DNA of 64,000 bases, taken from positions 29,544 to 93,543 of the forward strand of contig CANRHP010000002.1 in assembly GCA_947630455.1 (NCBI GenBank), in the 5' to 3' direction. Each line of letters starts with the position of its first letter. Position 1 is the stretch's first letter. The position numbers were made by a program, and so were the translations under genes. Positions 59,255 to 64,000 of this stretch are shown one piece after another. Origin of the DNA: an uncultured Clostridia bacterium. Its GTDB lineage: Bacteria > Bacillota > Clostridia > Christensenellales > CAG-314. Below the pieces are notes generated by a model. That model saw only the letters and a list, made by a program, of their open reading frames with translations. It searched no databases and was not told the origin of the DNA.

Positions 59255-59791
59255 ATGGCGGGGCTTTTTACTGCAATGAAAGGACGGTTATTTACAACCG
59301 TTATTTTTTTACTCATTATGTGTATTGCTTTGGCAGGATGCACTGACTTTCCTTATGCGCCCAAAGCATTGCCCAACGGCAAAACCGAGAGCTTTTCGGT
59401 GTATGTTTGCGGTGCGGTCGCTCACGAAGGTTATTTTACGGCAGCGGTGGGGACAAGCTGCATTTCCGTGATAGAGCAGGCGGGACTGTTGCCGCAAAGC
59501 ATATTGCCCTCTCTCTACACCGATACCGTGGACGGTTCGGTTACCGTTCTTGTCGTCAACTATTACGACGGAAAAAAGCAATGCTATTGCGTAAATGCCA
59601 ACAGCCCGATGATCGAATTGCGTATGCCCGTTGACGGTTTATCCGACGAAGTTGTGCGCTTGCTTGCCGATTGGATCGAAGCAAACGGTCGTTTCCGCAA
59701 CAAACGACAGGTTATTTCCGCCTTGGGCGAATATGCCTCTGACTACCATTACCGTCTGTTTGTGGCAAAGGAGGATTATGCGGCTGGTTAA
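59255..59791 (+). CDS. comEA: ComEA-like competence protein (SLBB domain, degenerate HhH)
   Basis: 178 aa. SLBB-type 'FSVYVCGAVAHEGYFTAAVGTSCISVIEQAGLL'. It sits immediately upstream of, and overlaps, comEC. The start is uncertain (59255 or 59276). Confidence 0.65.
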   Translation: MAGLFTAMKGRLFTTVIFLLIMCIALAGCTDFPYAPKALPNGKTESFSVYVCGAVAHEGYFTAAVGTSCISVIEQAGLLPQSILPSLYTDTVDGSVTVLVVNYYDGKKQCYCVNANSPMIELRMPVDGLSDEVVRLLADWIEANGRFRNKRQVISALGEYASDYHYRLFVAKEDYAAG

Positions 59792-61907
59792 TATTCGCGT
59801 ATCTCTTGTTGCTGCCGTTGCATTCATTGCGGGTATTTTTGCCTTTTATGAAGCGCTTTTTGCTGAGATCTGGTTTGGATTGGCAGCAGTCGTCCTGTTG
59901 AGTGTTATGTTGATCGTTTGTGCGGCGAAACGCTTTTCTACGTGGAAAATCTTTTTGATCGCGCTTATCTTTCTTTTGTTGGGCTTCGGCAGAAGCTGGA
60001 TTTGCTACGGAGTAAATACCGCAAACGAAAAACTCGGAGAGCAGGTTACAATTTCCGGCAGGGTGACGGATCTCAGCCGTAATGGCGCCGATTTCAATTC
60101 CGTCTATTATTTGGAAGAATGTGCGGACAGCGAGGGCAATACCTATGACGGCAGGATAAAGGCGAAATTTACAGCCGATTTTCCCGTTGAAGTAGGAAAT
60201 GTGGTCACGTTGAAGGGCAATATTTATTCCGTCTATCCCATAAAAAGCGAAATACAAACCTACTATTTGCGCAACAAAGTCAGATATGAAATTGTCGATG
60301 TCACGGCACTGACGGTCAAGGAGGGCAGCTTAAAGCCGGATGAACGTGTGCGCAGATATGTGTATGATGTAACAAAGGAATATATGCCCAACAATGGTGG
60401 ACTTATGTTCGCGCTGCTTACAGGCGATCGCGGCGCAGTGGACAGCACGACGCAGTGGGCGTTCAGCCGCGCAGGTATAGCTCATTTGTTGGCTGTCAGC
60501 GGGCTGCATGTGGGATTTGTTGCGGCGGTGCTTTGTTTTATGCTCAGAAGGCTTCATTTGCGCGCGTGGTTGGAGTGTCTGATTGTAACCGTTCCGCTGC
60601 TGTTTTATGCTTATATATGCGGCTTTTCACCGTCTGTTATGCGTGCAATAACAATGCTGATTTGCACCTATGCCGCTCGAATGTTGTTATCCCGTTATGA
60701 TATGCTTTCGTCCATTTCTTGGGCGGCGCTGATAACGCTTGTGGTTTGTCCGTTTTATCTGTTTGACGTTGGATTTCAGTTGTCCTTTATGTCCGTTTTC
60801 GGCATCGCAACTCTATACGCTCCGCTAAACAGGTATCTCACGCGCAAAAACATCAAAAAAACGGTACGTTATCTGTTGGATAGTGTCGCTGTTTCTATGT
60901 GCTGCATACTTGCAACGCTGTTCGTATTGGCTTCTCACGGCGGCGAAGTGGCGCTGTTCGGAATTTTTCTTAATATTTTGGCAATTCCGGTTGTATCTGC
61001 GGCGTTTGTGTTGAGCATGATTGGATTACTGCCTTGGGTATTCCATTATCTGCTGCTTATATCCGACGCGCTGTTGCAGATTACGGTGCGCATATCGGAA
61101 ATTGTCGCGCAAGTGAGTTTTGCAACGGTATCCTTCAGAGCAATGTTTTTGTCCATCGCGGTGGTCGCCGTGTTGCTGTTCGCTTTGGGCGGTTATATCA
61201 ACTTAAACAAACTTGGGAAAAAATTTTTCTATCCGCTTTGCATTGCTTTATTGGTTATTAGCATTGTGTTCTCGTATATTCCGCGTAAGTCAAAAAACGG
61301 TGTTTTCGTCGTACAAAGCGCTAACGATACCGTTGTGGCGGCCATATCCGACAGCGGCAATGGTGCTCTTGTCGGTGATTTTGTTGATTATCAAGCAGTT
61401 ATGGATGCGCTAAGCTATTTGCAGAAATACCGATTGAACAAGCTCACGCTGTATTTTAGTCATTGCTCGTCCGCCGACCCGGCAGTAGTGAATGAGCTGC
61501 TGCATCGCTTTGATATACAAAATGCTTTTTTGCTTTCCACCGACGCTAACGACGCGGTGACGGGATTGCTCAACGACAACAGCGTACAGGTCTCGCGACT
61601 GTATCCAAACGAGAACACAAACGAAGTTATTTCCGTTCGCTCCGTCTACAATGCGGCGCTTGCCGCGGTTACCGTTCATACGGGCGAGTTGGACGTGTGT
61701 ATCGTATATGGTACTCTCGACGCCGTTGCGGATATGGGATTGGGCGCCGATATCTACCTGCTCCCAATGCCGAACGATAATTTCGCTGACGGACAAACAA
61801 CTCTTACGCCCTATCAAAGCGAATTGTCTCACAATTACGGTGCAAACAAGTACGGAAACTTTACAATAATTCAAAAAGGTGATAAAATAAGTTTGAAATT
61901 CAGGTGA
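59778..61907 (+). CDS. comEC: ComEC/Rec2 DNA internalisation channel protein
   Basis: 709 aa from ATG 59778, with an AAGGAGG RBS. N-terminal OB-fold region. Competence domain 'LLTGDRGAVDSTTQWAFSRAGIAHLLAVSGLHVGF'. Multi-pass membrane core. The C-terminal domain is degenerate. Confidence 0.88.
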   Translation: MRLVNIRVSLVAAVAFIAGIFAFYEALFAEIWFGLAAVVLLSVMLIVCAAKRFSTWKIFLIALIFLLLGFGRSWICYGVNTANEKLGEQVTISGRVTDLSRNGADFNSVYYLEECADSEGNTYDGRIKAKFTADFPVEVGNVVTLKGNIYSVYPIKSEIQTYYLRNKVRYEIVDVTALTVKEGSLKPDERVRRYVYDVTKEYMPNNGGLMFALLTGDRGAVDSTTQWAFSRAGIAHLLAVSGLHVGFVAAVLCFMLRRLHLRAWLECLIVTVPLLFYAYICGFSPSVMRAITMLICTYAARMLLSRYDMLSSISWAALITLVVCPFYLFDVGFQLSFMSVFGIATLYAPLNRYLTRKNIKKTVRYLLDSVAVSMCCILATLFVLASHGGEVALFGIFLNILAIPVVSAAFVLSMIGLLPWVFHYLLLISDALLQITVRISEIVAQVSFATVSFRAMFLSIAVVAVLLFALGGYINLNKLGKKFFYPLCIALLVISIVFSYIPRKSKNGVFVVQSANDTVVAAISDSGNGALVGDFVDYQAVMDALSYLQKYRLNKLTLYFSHCSSADPAVVNELLHRFDIQNAFLLSTDANDAVTGLLNDNSVQVSRLYPNENTNEVISVRSVYNAALAAVTVHTGELDVCIVYGTLDAVADMGLGADIYLLPMPNDNFADGQTTLTPYQSELSHNYGANKYGNFTIIQKGDKISLKFR

Positions 61908-61916
61908 GGTGAGTTT

Positions 61917-62912
61917 TTGATTAAATTTCTCGAATTACGGGAAAAACTCCAATCGGCAAATTTTTCAGCGCTGTGTCTTTACGGCAATGATAGTTGGGTA
62001 AAGCATAGGGCGTTGTCCAATGTGCTGGATTTTTTCGGCATACAGGACGACGGTTTCAGTGTTGATCGTCTCGAGCAGCCTACAATGGAGGAGCTTACGC
62101 TTGCCTGTATGACGCCTGCCATGTTCAGTCCCAAAAAGCTGGTTGTGTGCGAGCAGCCCTTCTTCCCGGAAAAAAAGGATGACGGCTACGGCGACAAAAC
62201 CAAAACGAACAGCAAAAAGCTTGCCGAGCTGCGTCAAGGGTTGACAAACCTGCTGTCTCATGCAGACGGAAGCTTTTGCATTGTGTTTTTTGCGGACAGC
62301 GACAAAAATTTTCTCGGCATCAACGGACTTGAAACAGTGGATTGCAACAGGTTGGATAAGCCCAGCGTCATAAAGTGGATCGTTGCCTTTGCCCGTAGAC
62401 AGGGGGTGCAGATTGACTCGCTTTGTGCCGACAGAATCGCCGCATATTGTTTGTTGGATATGTCACGTGTCGCCGTCGAGACGCAAAAGCTCATTGATCA
62501 CGGTGACGTTACAACGGAAACGGTGGAAATGCTTGTTCACAAAGATACCGAATTTGCCGTATACGATTTATCAAGCGCAATAGCCGCCAAAAATGCCGCC
62601 CGTGCAACGGAAATTTACCGTGGTTTGATTGCGCGCGGAGAGGAACCTCGAGCGCTTTTTTCGCTTATTTACAACTTTTACAGGCGTGTTTACTATGTCA
62701 AAACATCCTCCTTTTCTACAGAGGAAATCGCAGGATATTTGGGTGTCAAGCCTGCTGCCGTTTTTTTTGCAGGAGAAACCGCCGAGCGCTACAAACCCAT
62801 GCAGCTCAAACGCGCTTTGGATTTTCTTTCTTTGGCGGATGCCCGTCTGAAAGCGTTTGTGGATGACGGAGAAGTGATGAATATATTGATAATGCAGCTT
62901 ATTTCGCTGTAA
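61917..62912 (+). CDS. holA: DNA polymerase III delta subunit (HolA)
   Basis: 331 aa. It follows comEC in the conserved position. Size and helical C-terminus fit. TTG start after 'ggtgaggtgag'. Confidence 0.7.
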   Translation: MIKFLELREKLQSANFSALCLYGNDSWVKHRALSNVLDFFGIQDDGFSVDRLEQPTMEELTLACMTPAMFSPKKLVVCEQPFFPEKKDDGYGDKTKTNSKKLAELRQGLTNLLSHADGSFCIVFFADSDKNFLGINGLETVDCNRLDKPSVIKWIVAFARRQGVQIDSLCADRIAAYCLLDMSRVAVETQKLIDHGDVTTETVEMLVHKDTEFAVYDLSSAIAAKNAARATEIYRGLIARGEEPRALFSLIYNFYRRVYYVKTSSFSTEEIAGYLGVKPAAVFFAGETAERYKPMQLKRALDFLSLADARLKAFVDDGEVMNILIMQLISL

Positions 62913-62924
62913 AGTGAGGTAATT

Positions 62925-63461
62925 TTGTTTAACAAACTCAGGCAAAACTACAAATTGAGTGACGTGCTCATTCGAATCGCATTTGTTTTGGCGTACGTCT
63001 TTTATTCTTGGCAAACGTGTTTGGCGTCTGTTCAGCTTGTAAAATTGCAATATGGTTCATTGTTGCATTTCACTGACACGCTGGTACTGTTTACGGCACT
63101 GTTTACCGCTTTGATAATGGGTATCATCATTATGCTGTTGGTTCCGTTTGTGACAAGGCTTTTCCTAAACAGCTCTCGTTTTTACACTGTGCCCCGAGCA
63201 GAGTATGTATTGCTGGCGCATGTTTTTTGCACGATCTACTTTGCCGTGTGCGGTGCGCTGCGATTGATCAATTTGGTAACGCCGCTGCTTTTAGGATGGG
63301 GCGGGGTGCTGTTCCCGTTTTTAGTATCCCTCGCATGCGTAATATGGTTCTATCATGTTACGTCTCAGTTGTATTTCAATGATCTGACCCGACCCTATTA
63401 TTTTCGCAATTTAGCCATCGTCTACTTTGTGTGTGCATTAGTTTTCGAGGTGGTGCTGTGA
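62925..63461 (+). CDS. Hypothetical integral membrane protein (~5 TM)
   Basis: 178 aa and strongly hydrophobic. TTG start after a GAGG RBS. No recognisable motif. Confidence 0.5.
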   Translation: MFNKLRQNYKLSDVLIRIAFVLAYVFYSWQTCLASVQLVKLQYGSLLHFTDTLVLFTALFTALIMGIIIMLLVPFVTRLFLNSSRFYTVPRAEYVLLAHVFCTIYFAVCGALRLINLVTPLLLGWGGVLFPFLVSLACVIWFYHVTSQLYFNDLTRPYYFRNLAIVYFVCALVFEVVL

Positions 63462-64000
63462 AAAAGATACTTGTCGCGCTGTTAACGGCGTTGGTTATCA
63501 CTTTTGCATGCTTCGGCTCCGCTGCCTTTGCCGAAAGCGATACTGCTAATTCGGATATTGCACAACAGTCCGATTTGTTGAGCGCAGACGCCTTTGTGCA
63601 ACAGCTGTGCAGTCTCAACAAAGCGGTCGCGGATGCGGACAGCGTACAGGATACGGCGCTTGCCAAGGAAAATGTGCGCTTATTCCTGCTTCAACAGATG
63701 CGGTCGGCGCTTGGAAACGATACTCCGCAAGCTATATCCTTCGGCGAGGGAGACACTGGCGGTTACAATATCGAGGGCAAGCTTGATGTCGTAGGAACAG
63801 ACAAGTGCATTGTTGTCGGCGCTCATTATGATACGGTAGGTGAGGGCGCAATGGACAACGCCGTGGGCGTAGCCGTATTGCTTGCGGCGGCAAAGCAATT
63901 GGCGGACAACAAGGGGCAATTGCCCTTTGACGTATATTTTGTAGCTTTCGATTGCGAAGAGGCAGGTATGATAGGCTCGCAATATTACGTCAATCGTATC
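63458..64000 (+). CDS. M28-family metallopeptidase, N-terminal part (open at right window edge)
   Basis: Absent from the ORF track because it has no stop in the window. GTG 63458 overlaps the upstream stop. Translated by hand: signal peptide 'KKILVALLTALVITFACFGSAAFA|ES', then 'CIVVGAHYDTVGEGAMDNAVGVAVLLAAAKQL' and 'FVAFDCEEAGMIGSQYY', which match M28 zinc-ligand motifs. Confidence 0.8.
   Translation, partial: MKKILVALLTALVITFACFGSAAFAESDTANSDIAQQSDLLSADAFVQQLCSLNKAVADADSVQDTALAKENVRLFLLQQMRSALGNDTPQAISFGEGDTGGYNIEGKLDVVGTDKCIVVGAHYDTVGEGAMDNAVGVAVLLAAAKQLADNKGQLPFDVYFVAFDCEEAGMIGSQYYVNRI

Overview
The gene content points to a Firmicutes/Clostridia-type chromosome: V-type ATPase, PFOR, ComEA/ComEC, TTGACA/TATAAT promoters and AGGAGG ribosome-binding sites. 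All family names come from reading motifs by eye. No searches were run. Layout: (1) 1-9.1 kb holds the end of a V-ATPase operon (C-F-A-B-D), then dnaG-sigA-trmK and a zinc-ribbon gene. (2) 9.3-33.9 kb is a large Gram-positive glycan-utilisation locus. It has a GH3 beta-glucosidase and a LacI regulator on the minus strand. A 13-gene plus-strand operon follows: GH94 phosphorylase, two solute-binding lipoproteins (one a 965-aa CBM-SBP fusion), two permease pairs, one MsiK-type ATPase, two glucoamylase-like (PF10091/GH144-like) paralogues and a four-domain lipoprotein. Between the two permease pairs sits an uncharacterised, translationally coupled pair: an NHL-propeller/TPR/6-TM protein and a 716-aa ectoprotein. 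I rate this embedded surface module, and the locus built around it, as the best candidate for an undescribed system. (3) 34.2-38.8 kb holds an XRE regulator, a small paralogous-domain protein and PFOR. (4) 39.0-44.4 kb is a TetR-headed operon pairing a GPH symporter and a GH36 alpha-galactosidase with a GT-B glycosyltransferase-like protein. (5) 44.5-46.0 kb is a MATE exporter behind a consensus promoter followed by a terminator-like leader. (6) 46.2-56.1 kb holds a 7TMR-DISM histidine kinase and response regulator, divergent from a 2002-aa surface protein. That protein's start is preceded by a G18 homopolymer with an overlapping mini-uORF. Its membrane-proximal part is built from seven 228-bp tandem repeats. 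It is followed by a membrane protein carrying a ribosomal uL15-like C-terminal domain. (7) 56.2-64 kb holds tRNA-Glu(CUC) with a duplicated 24-nt 3' end, an SRAP peptidase, a lipoprotein serpin, comEA-comEC-holA, a membrane protein and a partial M28 peptidase. I saw no CRISPR array, integrase, transposase or recognisable defence gene.
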